From contig JALMLS010000564.1 of assembly GCA_038496445.1 (NCBI GenBank), positions 434,001 to 498,000 of the forward strand: 64,000 nucleotides of DNA. The letters are read 5' to 3'. This document shows, piece by piece, positions 12,915 to 24,217 of this stretch; the stretch's first letter is position 1; every line of letters starts with the position of its first letter. The stretch is from Trichosphaerium sp. ATCC 40318. Lineage: Eukaryota > Protista > Tubulinea. The notes below the pieces were generated by a model that worked only from the letters and a program-made list of their open reading frames with translations, had not been told where the DNA came from and made no database searches. Made by a program: the position numbers and the translations under genes.

Positions 12915-13826
12915 TTACATGTTTTTTTTAATGGTTTTTAAAAACCTTGATGGTGACTTGTGCGCCATTCTTATGAAAGGATGGTCTAAAAGTTCTTTTG
13001 CTTGTGTTCCGCGTACAGAACAGCATCGTACAAAATCGAGGAGTGTATCATCGGTAGTTAGTGAGATCATTGTCTCACCTATTAACTTGTTGTTTATCCA
13101 AAGATCTTGAACGTTTTGTGGTGAGTCTACAAACCCTTTCGGTTTGTAGGTAATGCACCGTTGTATCATTAGATCCATTACCATACGCCCAATGGAGAAT
13201 GTATCGTCTGTAGGAGAGTACCCTTCGTGTTGAGCTCTCGGGTCTACAAAACCTGATGTACCTTCTAGTCCACATGCGAGTGTTTCTAGCTCTGGTACGC
13301 CAACAGCATGTCCAAAGTCGGCGAGTTTCGGTGTGCCACAAGGCATAATCATGACATTCTCGGCTTTTATGTCGTGGTGAACAATACCTTTTTCTTGTAG
13401 TTCGCAAACCGCGTGTAGGACAGCTTTGGTGATGTATGCTGCCGAAGCCATTTTCAGCGGTTTGTTGGCTGTAAGAGAGGCTGCGTCGCATTTGGCAAGC
13501 GGTAGTATGACAGCAGGGCCGTTTGGACCTTTTTGTATAACTTCTACCGGCCGCATGATATTGTCGCAGGTCGTGAGGCGTTGTATCTTCGCTTCACGTA
13601 CGAGACTGTTGCGTTCCATCTTGTTTTCGGCTTTGGAGAGGCCAGTTCTATTCACTACCTTCATCGCGTAGGTTTCGCACGTCTCGGTGTCGGTGCAAGT
13701 GTAGACAATGCCGCAGCCGCCTTTACCGAGGAGAACATCTTCGTCGATAACGTACTTTGATTGCTGCTTGGTCTTCTTAAAGATGCTGCAGAAAGAGTCG
13801 AAGCCGTGTTTGAGGGAGGAAAACAT
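12915..13826 (-). CDS. Intronless divergent Ser/Thr protein kinase (non-RD)
   Basis: GKGGCG, YAMK, HHDIKAEN, LADFG, GTSGFVDP, DTFSIG, LLDHPF. Confidence 0.9.
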   Translation of the reverse strand: MFSSLKHGFDSFCSIFKKTKQQSKYVIDEDVLLGKGGCGIVYTCTDTETCETYAMKVVNRTGLSKAENKMERNSLVREAKIQRLTTCDNIMRPVEVIQKGPNGPAVILPLAKCDAASLTANKPLKMASAAYITKAVLHAVCELQEKGIVHHDIKAENVMIMPCGTPKLADFGHAVGVPELETLACGLEGTSGFVDPRAQHEGYSPTDDTFSIGRMVMDLMIQRCITYKPKGFVDSPQNVQDLWINNKLIGETMISLTTDDTLLDFVRCCSVRGTQAKELLDHPFIRMAHKSPSRFLKTIKKNM

Positions 13827-14635
13827 GATGATGTGCTTCGAGTATGGTGTATCTTTGGGATTTGTGCGTTTTACTCGTGTAGTTTCATAAAAAAGCTACA
13901 CGAGTTTTCTTACTATCACGCTACAGATTCATTGATATTGTACAATGCGCGAGGGTCAATGGGACGAGTAGAGAAGTCGAAAGACTTTACTTGCAAAAAG
14001 TACCCGAAAACCTTGAGAAATTGTAACGTACAAAACCATTACAATTATACTTGTCTTGAGGTTCAAGCACGCTTTTCATGATATCACACCTGATAAAAAT
14101 ACAGTCTACAAAATCAAGAAAAAGTACTGCATACTAAAAACGAATCAGACAAAGTTCTAAGACAGCTTCTACGCGTGGGAAGGTGCTTTCACAATGTTAC
14201 AACTACTTTGAAAATTACGCAGTTTTGTTTCTAAAATAACAACCCTTAACGCCACCGAGCTAAACTGGTGTCCAATATCATGGCGTTTGCAGAGCCAAAA
14301 AAGAAACTGGAGCCGAACAAATATTTTTTCGAGATAAGCTAAATAAATAAAAAAGTTAATTAAAGAATTCTTGACCATGTCGAGAAACTCACAATTACCA
14401 ACCTCAACAACACCAAAAAATTGTCTTCGTGTATGGTATTATCAAAAACACCAAGCTTCGCCCAACCACACAACGCAAGACTGGAATCAACCGTTTTTGC
14501 AATCAAAAATAAATTACAGTAAAAACCATTTACGTACGTACTTGAAATGCACGATGAATTTTCAAAAAGTCAATGAGTATTTTACGTAGACATTCTTTTA
14601 ACTCGTGATACAAAAAAGAGCAATGAGTGGACTTT

Positions 14636-15085
14636 TTAGATAATACAATTTTTACTTTTATACAGTTTAACTATTTTTACACTTTTTTTTGTTTTGGTTT
14701 TTAGTTTGTGGATGCTTTGGCGCTCTAGTTGCGTACAAAACATACCCGTACGTTCAAATGCGTCAATTAGTCGCAGTAAATAATCTGCACCTGCTTCTAG
14801 GCCACCGTTTGAGAGGATTTCGCGTACTTGTACCTCTGGGTTGAAAGTAACCTTGTGTACAGTACTGGTTTTAGCCTTTCTCTGTGTTTCGACTTCCATT
14901 TCATCTAGAAGTTGCAGTATGTAATTCGCACCAGCTTCCAGACCACCATTTGAGAGGATCTCGAGTATTTGCACCTCTGGATCGACTGTGACTGTCTTCT
15001 CGGCACCTGGTCGTAGTGGTTTTCCAAAAAAGAGTCTGTACGTGCGTTGGGAGAAGGTTGCAATCGATTTGATAAGAGTAGACAT
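14636..15085 (-). CDS. Intronless small protein with internal duplication and RVxF-like motif
   Basis: ATG ORF of 149 aa; repeats VTVDPEVQILEILSNGGLEAGANYILQLLD and VTFNPEVQVREILSNGGLEAGADYLLRLID. Confidence 0.7.
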   Translation of the reverse strand: MSTLIKSIATFSQRTYRLFFGKPLRPGAEKTVTVDPEVQILEILSNGGLEAGANYILQLLDEMEVETQRKAKTSTVHKVTFNPEVQVREILSNGGLEAGADYLLRLIDAFERTGMFCTQLERQSIHKLKTKTKKSVKIVKLYKSKNCII

Positions 15086-15599
15086 GATGAAGTGATGGCG
15101 CGTAGAGGGTAGTTAATTTATGAGCTTAAGGCACTAAACGGATTAAGTAATTTCACTAAATAAGTGATACTTGCAACTTAAATACATGAGAAGGGTAGAG
15201 GTTACCTTCTCACCAAACATCCTTTCGAACAAATATGTAATAAATTCGCTGTTAGGATGGCAGTTTTCTGAAATCTACATCCACAATTCTTACTTGTTCT
15301 GTTGGACTTGCGATGAATTGATGGAAATGGTAGTGACCAAGTGCCATTCTTACAAACACGGAAACTGCGATATCTCTCTTGTATCAACTAGAACAACTAG
15401 AATTAAATAAAGCCCTCATCTCAACAATACTATTCGTTTAAGACCTCTGTGAGTAGTATTCTCGTTTATACAGTACAAGACAAACGCTTATGTGATGGTA
15501 AAATATGACAGAGTTACCATACTAAGTGAGGTGTTGCAAACGCTGTACTGTTGTCTTATTCATGTTTATTGAGTCGTGAATTTCTCGTATTGTTTTTGT

Positions 15600-16307
15600 T
15601 CAGCTCCTTGTCAAGTGAATGCGCATGAAGTAGCCAAATCCTGGTGTTGTGATATACAAACAATCCCGTGCATAGAAAATTTCACTCAGTCCATAAAATT
15701 TTCCATCTTTGATTACCTTATAAAAATAACATAGCTTTGTGGCCACAAGCACACAAATATTGTCATCCATCACAAAGTAAATAAGACCATATTGGCCTGC
15801 ACATGCTGATTGTAATACAGACTTTTCATCACAGGTGAATAGTATCTCACTAGAGTGTTCTTCAATTATACTCCCTCTAGCAACTCGAACTGATTTCCAT
15901 GTTGGCTCAAGAGGTTTTTTGTATGTAATTCTACTTAAACGGCCACGTTTGAAATGAAGGCACATCCCTTGGTTGTAAATGTCGTTTACTGCCAACTAAG
16001 TTTTGTCAAATACAATACAAGTTAAAACATACTTTATGTGTATCTGGAGGATCATAGAAATAGCCTACGAAGTTGAAGTGATAGTCTGACTTTAACTGAT
16101 CATAAGACTTGAAAACAGTTAAAAAAATAATTGTTTAGTGAAATATCATACCTCTTTCTCTGGTACATCTGCTTGTACATATCGCAATAACAATGTACAA
16201 GAAGCACGGAGAGAACGTAAAATATCACGAGAGGCGAAATCTAGAATAGAAACAACCATTTCAGGGGGTAAATCAGTTAACATGCTGTAATATGCTTCTT
16301 TGCTCAT
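15600..16307 (-). CDS. F-box protein
   Basis: Exon 1 MSKEAYYSMLTDLPPEMVVSILDFASRDILRSLRASCTLL; two short introns join it to ORF 15600-15995. Confidence 0.7.
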
Positions 16308-16376
16308 ATTTACTTTACTTTACTTTTATACAGTCAAGATTCTGTTTGACGGTCTTTTATAAACGGACCCACGTTT

Positions 16377-16541
16377 TTTCCGAATTTTTCGAAAGAAAAA
16401 AGGTCGGGTTCTAGTTCCGAGCACAGCGAGGACCCGACCGTAAGTGAACCAGGCGCTTTCTAGTTAAGTGGACTGCCCTAGCTATGCATCTTTCTGCATC
16501 TTTCTACACTTTCGAATTTTTGTTTTCGGAAAATTCGGAAA
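16377..16541. repeat. Inverted-repeat element (25-bp arms, 22/25 match) enclosing an 11-bp hairpin
   Basis: TTTCCGAATTTTTCGAAAGAAAAAA (16377-16401) vs TTTTTGTTTTCGGAAAATTCGGAAA (16517-16541); inner GGTCGGGTTCT/AGGACCCGACC (16402-16439). Confidence 0.6.
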
Positions 16542-17635
16542 CAACTATGGCCGCTAAACTTTACAAATATATTTTACAACTGTTTTGTTATCCCATCATC
16601 GTCCACTTGTCGCCAGGGCCCCAGATAGGGGTCTCACATAAAGTTAGCCCATGATATCATCATCATCGACCAAGGTAAACCAGACTGTGTAGAATATCTG
16701 CCCAGCTCGGACAGCGCACTAGCTCCGTATGGAAGCGTTGCTAGTCCGTGTTAGTCATATTTGAGATCCAAACTGCAGTTATAGCACAAAACAAGCGTGA
16801 CTTTACTATTTCAAGTTCCAATGAAATGCAGGGTGTTACTTTTGGAGTAAGAGTTGATAGAATCAAATTAAGCAGCAGGTAGTATGAACCTCACTGATAC
16901 AAGGTAATGTTTAATGTCAAGTGTTCGTAACATGGCTAATGACACCAGACGAGACTCACATTGAAATTACATACTGACAATCACGTGATTTCTTTGAGTG
17001 TGGCACGAAACGTTTTAATACGATTAGAGAACACTAAACGACTTGCGTTACTTCAGTTGAGATTGTCCAAAGAAAAAGGAAACAATTTAAACAGTTTTTG
17101 TGGAATTGCACTTGGTTTAGAATACACTGCTGACCTGCGCACATGTATTGTAAAGAGTCATTGACGTACTGCGATGTACTTTTGCGATCTTAAAGCAAAG
17201 AAGAACCTCATGCAAAGCTTCGAATGGCGTTGGTCACAACAGATAAGAGACAAATCAACTAATCCTCGTACATGCACGCTACTTTTTCAATTGCACCTTC
17301 CAGGTAACTGTAATCTACAAATACAAATAGCCACGTCAGGCCTGTACCATTGTGCCATTGTGTAGCCTTTGTTGACAGGTTTAGTGAATCATACAACAGT
17401 CAACACCCTATCCAACGCTTGTTTATCACTATGCGATGCCCGCAGCAGCAACGTTCTCCAAAAAGCGCTTTGTACAACAAAACCCCAAAAAAAAAAACTG
17501 AATTGACATACGTATGTGCCTAGCTTCATTTGTACGTGTTGCTTACGCAAGGCAAGAATAAACAAGAAACTCACCCTAACTTTCAAGAGAAAAGTCCCAC
17601 AAAAACCATTCTTTCAATAATAAATCAAATAAACG

Positions 17636-17952
17636 ATGCCTGCACTCGCTGGCCTAGCTCCTCTATGGATTGGATTTGTTGTAGCCATTATTGTTGGTAC
17701 AGCGTTAGCGGTTTTCCCATGTGTGGCAGATAAAGCGTACGTGTAGGCACAACGGAGACTGTTTTAATTTTTTTCTGTAGGCTTTACCGTACTCTTGTCC
17801 TCACGGGTGTATTTTGCGTTTTTTACATGTGGTACGACCCATCGCCTAAGTTTCAACGCTAATCGCTGTTTGTTTTTAGGATTATAGTTTATTCATCACA
17901 AATTAGCCCACTCGGCACACCAGCAGTACCAATACACGACGGCGGATTATAA
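17636..17952 (+). CDS. ATP6V0E: V-type H+-ATPase V0 subunit e
   Basis: Three exons: MPALAGLAPLWIGFVVAIIVG...LVLTGVFCVFYMWIIVYSSQISPLGTP, matching the subunit e C..(L/Y)MW...Y..Q..PL..P signature; missed by the ORF track. Confidence 0.8.
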
Positions 17953-18224
17953 AAAGCCACCCAAGACCACCATTAACCTTACGAAACAGAAAGTTTGATT
18001 GTATGTAAAGCATTTTTCTACATCTTAGTGTCATTGGATAACCTTCGCCAAACGTCACACGTTTTCGCAAAAGAAATACCCCGACGAATGAATGCGTAGA
18101 GCTCTTTCGACTTTGGTTTTGAAATGAGTCTTTTATTCTTGTACATGACTTTTCTTCGCTTTGAAAACAATAGTTTTCTAAAATGTACATTATTGCTGTA
18201 TTACAACAGCATAATAGTGAAAAC

Positions 18225-20392
18225 CTAAGGTTCCCAGTCTTCTTCGTCAGTCGTCCTAAAAAAGAAACGTAAATTAATTGTTTTTTTGGCGCTATTTCGG
18301 GGTTTTGCGTACCAATCGTCGTCATCGTCACTTTCATTGTCGACACCCATGTCCCCTCTGTGCTTTGATAAAGCATTGAGTAGCGATGACGCCAATCCTT
18401 GCTCTTGTGGTGGTGCTGCGACTGGAGCAGCTTTCTTTAGACCTTTAAGTCCCTACAAATTACTTGTTAACATAGAAGATGTCTTAAACTGTATGTACCC
18501 CTGCTAGTGCAGCGGCTAGACCGCCTTGAGGTTTTGATTGAGTTGTAGCTGGTGCTGGCATTGGTGGAGGTGGTCCAGGAGGTGCACCGCCAGTATTCAT
18601 TGGTGGTGGCGGTGGAGGTCCTGTTTGTGTATTTGCGGCTGGCGCTGGTGGTGGCATTGGTGGAGGGGCACCACCTCCCATGCGGCCACCGTTAGGTAGA
18701 GGTGGTGGGTTTGCAAGAGTTGGTGGCGGGCTAAATCTGGTAGGTGCCGGCGGAGGATTAAACTTGACAGGTGCTGGTGGTGGTGAGAACTTGACAGGCG
18801 CTGGTGGAGGAGAAAACTTGACAGGCGCTGGTGGAGGTGAGAACTTGACAGGTGCTGGTGGAGGATTGAATTTAGCCGCCATAGGTGCTGGAGGAGGAGG
18901 TAGAGCACCGCTGGTATTTAAAACAGGAGCAGGCCCATTGTTTGAAATCGGTGCAGGGGGTGGAGGTAATGGCGCTCCACCAGAAGTGGCAGGCTTAGCA
19001 GCACGTGGTGAAGGTGTAATGCTCACTGTTCCTGTAGCGATTTCGTCTTGATGGTTCATCATAATATCGAAGATATGGTTACGCATCTAAACAACAAAAG
19101 GTAAGAAATCAAAAAAAAGAAAAAAAAACGCGTGATAGGCTTAAAAAAGGAATTAGTTGTACCTCTGGGTTTTGTAAATCAGATTTCTTAACACCGACAG
19201 CTTTGAAAATCTTTTTCCACTCTTTTGGGATGTTTCTAATCTCAAAGTTGCCGTCTTTATTAAGACCGACATGACTTTCGTGTTTTACATTTGTTGGACC
19301 CTGTGATTGTCCTAATACATTAGTTAGCATCATACCAAGCCACCCAGTAAAGAAAAGAAACCGTACGAGAATCTACAAACTCGATATAAATGCGAACTTT
19401 ACCACCATCAATACCAGGTCCAGTGAGTACATACCTTTGCGTTAAGTAAGCAACAAAGTTTGTACTGACGCGTTTAATCGTCTGATATTTTTTTTCTGGT
19501 TTCTGTACCATTTGTATTTGAAATTTGGCGAATCAAAATCGCGGACTGAACCACGCAAAGGAAAAGCCACTTCTCCTAAAAACTTCTTTCCATACTCGAA
19601 TTTACTTCCAGAGCACAACCTAACTATAATTTTTTCTGCTTCTGCGTCTTGTACGTTCCTTGGGTAGACTTTTAGGCGAAAAGTGGCGTATTTATGCGTA
19701 CATTTCAATTAGTTCGTTCCAGCGAGGTTCTTTTGTGGATTTGTTGGTAGCTGTCTTGTGTAGCCGTGTGCCAAGAGCGTTTTTCTTCTTATCTGTCGCT
19801 ACATTGGACATATAAATAAATGCTGTTGGGTTTGTTTTATTAACATCGCCACTAATGAGCTTTGTAACGCGCGCTTCTACGACTAAACAACATTGTAAGT
19901 GGCAGTGTACAAAAATAACTTATAACTATTAACACGCTGAATTGCCCTGTTTATGCAAAAGCGTTTAAGATAGAATGAGTTGATTCACGTACTTTGTAAT
20001 TTAACGTAAGTAGGAGTCTGTTTTTTTGTAGGGCGTTGTATGTATTTGGCTGGATCTGGTGGTCGTTTATTGTCTGTCTGAGTTGATCTGCGCTTCTGGG
20101 CTTCAGGAGTAGAAGCAGCAGAGCCAGCTGCAGCTGTTGGTTGTCGCGTGCTGTTAGATGTTCTTAGAGCAGGCGGTGGAGCTGCAGCTGCAGGTGGAGC
20201 TACTTTTTGCACATAAGAGGCAGGGAACCATCCAATGGCTCCATCTGCTCTTTTGGATTGCCACCACACTCCTTGGCCATCAGTTGCTAATACTACTAGC
20301 TTTTGTCCTGGCGTAAGAGTAATTTCGGTATTTGATTGAGCGGTATACGGAGCGATCGCTTGTACGTGAAACGGTACCGAAGGAGCTGTCAT
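18225..20392 (-). CDS. WASP-like actin nucleation-promoting factor: SH3 - C2 - CRIB - polyPro - VCA
   Basis: SH3 (AIAPY...WWQ...GWFPASYV); C2-like (KFLGEVAFPL, WYVL); CRIB (GPTNVKHESHVG...NIPKEWKKIFKAVGV); Pro-rich; GGLAAAL..GLKK; acidic DDDDW...EEDW end. Confidence 0.85.
18730..18880 (-). repeat. 27-bp coding tandem repeat (PPPAPVKFS/N)
   Basis: About 5-6 copies of aacttgacagg(t/c)gctggtgg(a/t)gg within the polyproline exon. Confidence 0.85.
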
Positions 20393-20491
20393 TTTCGTTT
20401 AAATCAGTGTCATAAAAATTATGTCAAAAAAAACGCCATCAAAAAACCAAAAGTCATTCGCTTTCTTTGATTATTTTCCACTTGGCTCTCT

Positions 20492-21456
20492 ATGACGTTC
20501 TACCACTTCTTTAATTGCTGTATATTGGCCTTTGGTCCAGCTATAGTAGTATACAGAGCTACAAAACTGTACCAGTCACTACAAAATCTTTTCCGCATTG
20601 TTTACTTTTATAGGTCTACCTATCGCTCATATGGCGCACTAATGTATGGAGTTGGTGGCTATTTAGCCACGCAATTATGTAAAGTAAGAAGTGGTTTTAG
20701 ACTGTCTCTGACGCTCCTAGTTTATTATAATAGCCACGTTCATACCGAGTGGCAACGTAATTGGGGCTTTAGACATTACTCAAGAATTATTCATTGGTTT
20801 TGCACGGATATTTGATGTCATCAGCTTATACATGCTACTTGGCCTTCTCAGGGATCCGTTTATTAAAACGATGGGCCTTGGACTTGGTACGTGGCACATT
20901 TTTTTTTATATTTTCAGAAACACGGATTTTTAATCTCTGTAATCCACTTGACCAACTCTTTATTAGGTTGGGCTAGTGCCGATATATTAGCGACACGTTT
21001 CGCGGCATTGTGGATCTCTGCAAGAGGCCTGGAGTTTTCATGGGACAACATTTTTTTGAGCATTGGTGCAAACGGAATGCTGTTGTACTGGATTTGTTTA
21101 ACTGCCTTGACTTGGATATACAGCGAGAAGAGGACTACACCAGAGCAGAAAAGCCAAGCTAGGACTGGCATTGCATATGCAATTGCCCTTCACCCATGTT
21201 TAAGGTACTGTTAAGCGTTTTGAAATTACTCCAACGTTTTTAAAATGAAAACCTCTTCTGACGCGTTGCTAGTATTCTTGGGTATTTTGTGGTTCTTGGT
21301 TTACCAGTGACAACACTTTTACATGGTACGCATGACATTTTTTTCATTTTCACTAACAATTGCTTTGTAGTGCTTGGTTTGGTTATACTAGCGTACATAT
21401 CTTATTCTATGTTTAAAGCCGCCAATAAGCAAGTGAGCGATCGTTCAAGAAGATAG
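20492..21456 (+). CDS. TMEM147: Transmembrane protein 147 (BOS complex)
   Basis: MTFYHFFNCCILAFGP..VY, GYLATQLCK, GLGWASAD..ATR...LWISARGLEFSW. Confidence 0.9.
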
Positions 21457-21636
21457 TTGAGCGCTTGTAAAACAAAAAAAGAAGAAATAAACATAAAAAT
21501 TTGCATAAGAAAAGAGCAAGTTTTTGCCATTAAAATCTTGACACATTCATTAATTCCGTCTAAGGGCTTTGTTTAAACATAAAAGATTATCTATTTGACA
21601 CTTGAGGAGTCATGATGCGTTTATAGTAACTCCCCG

Positions 21637-24073
21637 ATGGAAGTACGACATAATCGCCTTTAATGACCTGGTGATATACTTATTATAGTTAGGAAACACC
21701 AAAAACGCGCTCAGGGGCGAATTCTATTAGTTTGCTATTTTTTGCCCGCTTGTATCGTTTAACGAAGTTTTTGGCGCCCTCCTATTATTTCTGGATCTAC
21801 GTGGCGTCACTACTTGTTATTGGCGGTAAGTTTAACCCATTAGCTCTCAATGTGGTGACACGATCAAAGGAGTTCACACATTGCTCTCTAAAGCGCTTGG
21901 TACCGTTGCTGGAGAGTTTATTGCAAATGTGCCAAAATGTGGTAAAGGAAATTTGCACGTACGTTACAACGTTAAAACTAAGGCTCACAACATCAAGCCA
22001 CTATCATCCGTACTATGGCGAGCATTTGGCATCTATTTACTGCTTGCCTTGGAAAACGCTGTGGTAAGAACTAGGCCGTCCTTTTTTTCGTTTCTAATTA
22101 CACTTAGGTCCCTGCTCTAAGACGTATGCTAGCGTTGGAGGTTAGAGAAAGGCTCGTAGCGTCGCTTCATAAGGCGTATTTTCACGACAGAAGTTTTTTT
22201 AAAGTAGGTTCTCATTTTTATTTGAAAAAATCAAGTCGAAATTACTTTTTGTGTGTTACTTAATTACGCCGTAGATAAGCTCAGAAGAAGTAGATAATCC
22301 TGATCAACGCTTGACACAAGATGTTGACAGGCTCGCTAAAGCCTTTTCAGAGCTATTCTATGTCTTAAGTCAGACACCAATCTTGTTTTTTTATTTTTGG
22401 TACTTAACTAGCGTTGAAGTTCATTTTCTCGCTCCTTTGTCCATAATTGTATATACTATCATCGCCTTTTTATTGAGCCGAATTTTAATGCCTCCTGTGG
22501 TATCACGTGTCTATCGTCAAGAAAAACTTGAAGGTGCTAGGACGACGTTTCTCATTTTATTCTTACTTTCTTATTTTAGGCGATTTTCGCTACAGGCATG
22601 TACAAACACGTGATTATGCTGAAAGTATTGCGTTAACCAATGGTGGCAATCGAGAGGAAGTACTACATAACAATTTATTTTCATTGGTTGTCGATAACAT
22701 AGCAGCGCTTATTAAGTTCGAATTCTTGCTAAATGGTAGCTCAACAAAAGTGTTTTCTCTTCCTCTAACTCTCTTTTCTCAAAGCTGTTGCAATGTCCTT
22801 CACTTTTGCAGCTACTCCACTAAACTATGGTATCATTGGAATCGCAATATACGTGTGCGTTGTTGGACGAGATTATGTTTTTTTTCTCGAGTTGACTTCA
22901 GGCTGATAGTTAATTTCGTTTTTTGTAGGCGTGGTTCTATTACTGCTGCAATAGCAGCAACACAGTTGAATTATCTTGGAACTTTTTCTTTCGCATCAAC
23001 ACGTTTACTTCAACAAGCAAGTGCGTTATCAGAGCTAGTAGGGTATACAAACAGAGTAATGGCGTTCATGGAGCTATTGAATAATAACACACCAAATCAA
23101 GATGATATTAATTATGACTTTGACAAAGATGAGTTCATGATCAAGCTCTTAGATGAAGGAAAGGGAGGCATTAGTAAAGATGATAAATCTGACGTTGATG
23201 GAGGAGATTCTATTGAACTTAGTGATGCTGATATTATTCTACCTGACGGCAAAGCTGTTTTGAAAGGTGATAGTGATAACCATGTTTACTTCAAAAAAAA
23301 GTTGACTAATTATTTTTATAGGAGTTACTTTCTCTTTAAAAAAGGGCGAGAGCATGCTCATATTAGGTCCTCCTGGTGCAGGTATTAATTAATACGTTTA
23401 TTATGTTATTGATGTTTTGGATAGGTAAAACTGCACTGGCAAGAACACTGGGAGGGTTGTGGGGAGCTGACTTTAAGCTTCCAAAAAACACCATGTTTTA
23501 TTCACAATGTGTTTATTTGAGTGGTGGTGACTTGCTTGATGAATTATTATATCCTCTTGAACCATCACAAGTATCTGTAGATATGGACCGCATCGGGGGA
23601 TTAACAATAACATACAGACTAGATAAGATTGCAGGTACATACTGATTACATGAGCAAACACTTCTTTTGTGTTTGGCAACATACGCAATTCTATTCATTC
23701 AAAACTGCTGGTTTTTTTCTTGTTCTAGCTTGTAGGTTGGTTTGTAATGTTCTCGCTCTTTTGCTGTAGATTCTAACAACAACTTTTGACTTACGAAAAA
23801 CTACTAGGTTCTGATGGTAAATTCAACAATGCAGTTGTTTCTCCTGGTCAAAGGCAAACTATAGCATTAGCTCGTCTCCTTTACCATAAACCAGAGTTTG
23901 TAATATTAGATGAACCTACAAGTGCTATAGATGAAGAAACAGAACGTATTTTCTATGAACATATAAAACAAGAAGGTGTTGCTTTTTTAACACTTGGACA
24001 TAAGACCTCTTTAAGAAAATATCATGATAGAACATACCAGATTAAAGATCAAAAGTTAGTTTTATTGTCATAG
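21637..24073 (+). CDS. ABC transporter subfamily D half-transporter (ABCD4-like)
   Basis: DNPDQRLTQDV, QEKLEGDFRYRH...AESIA (EAA region), LVGYTNRV, Walker A GPPGAGKT, SPGQRQ..ALARLLYHKPEFVILDEPTSAID. Confidence 0.9.
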
Positions 24074-24217
24074 TACAGTACAATAATAATGAAACTTGAT
24101 CGATTCATTCTCTAGTATTTAATGTATTTACAAGTATAATAATATCCCTGGTAACACACCAAGGAAATTGTTTGAATTAGATACAGTTGTAAATGTTACT
24201 TTTTTTTGTTCTTGTGT

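Noticed and set aside
549-16307. Integrated giant-virus genome segment
   Set aside because: No NCLDV core genes (capsid, polB, packaging ATPase) and intron-rich host genes are interspersed; only single-gene transfer is arguable
16402-16480. HDV-like or hammerhead ribozyme (TCCTCG on the minus strand)
   Set aside because: P3/P1 pairings and the hammerhead core cannot be formed
16590-17400. Possible small spliced gene on the minus strand
   Set aside because: Splice-like signals are present but no consistent frame or recognisable protein could be built
18680-19051. Gly-rich + strand ORF (123 aa)
   Set aside because: Antisense shadow of the polyproline exon of the WASP-like gene
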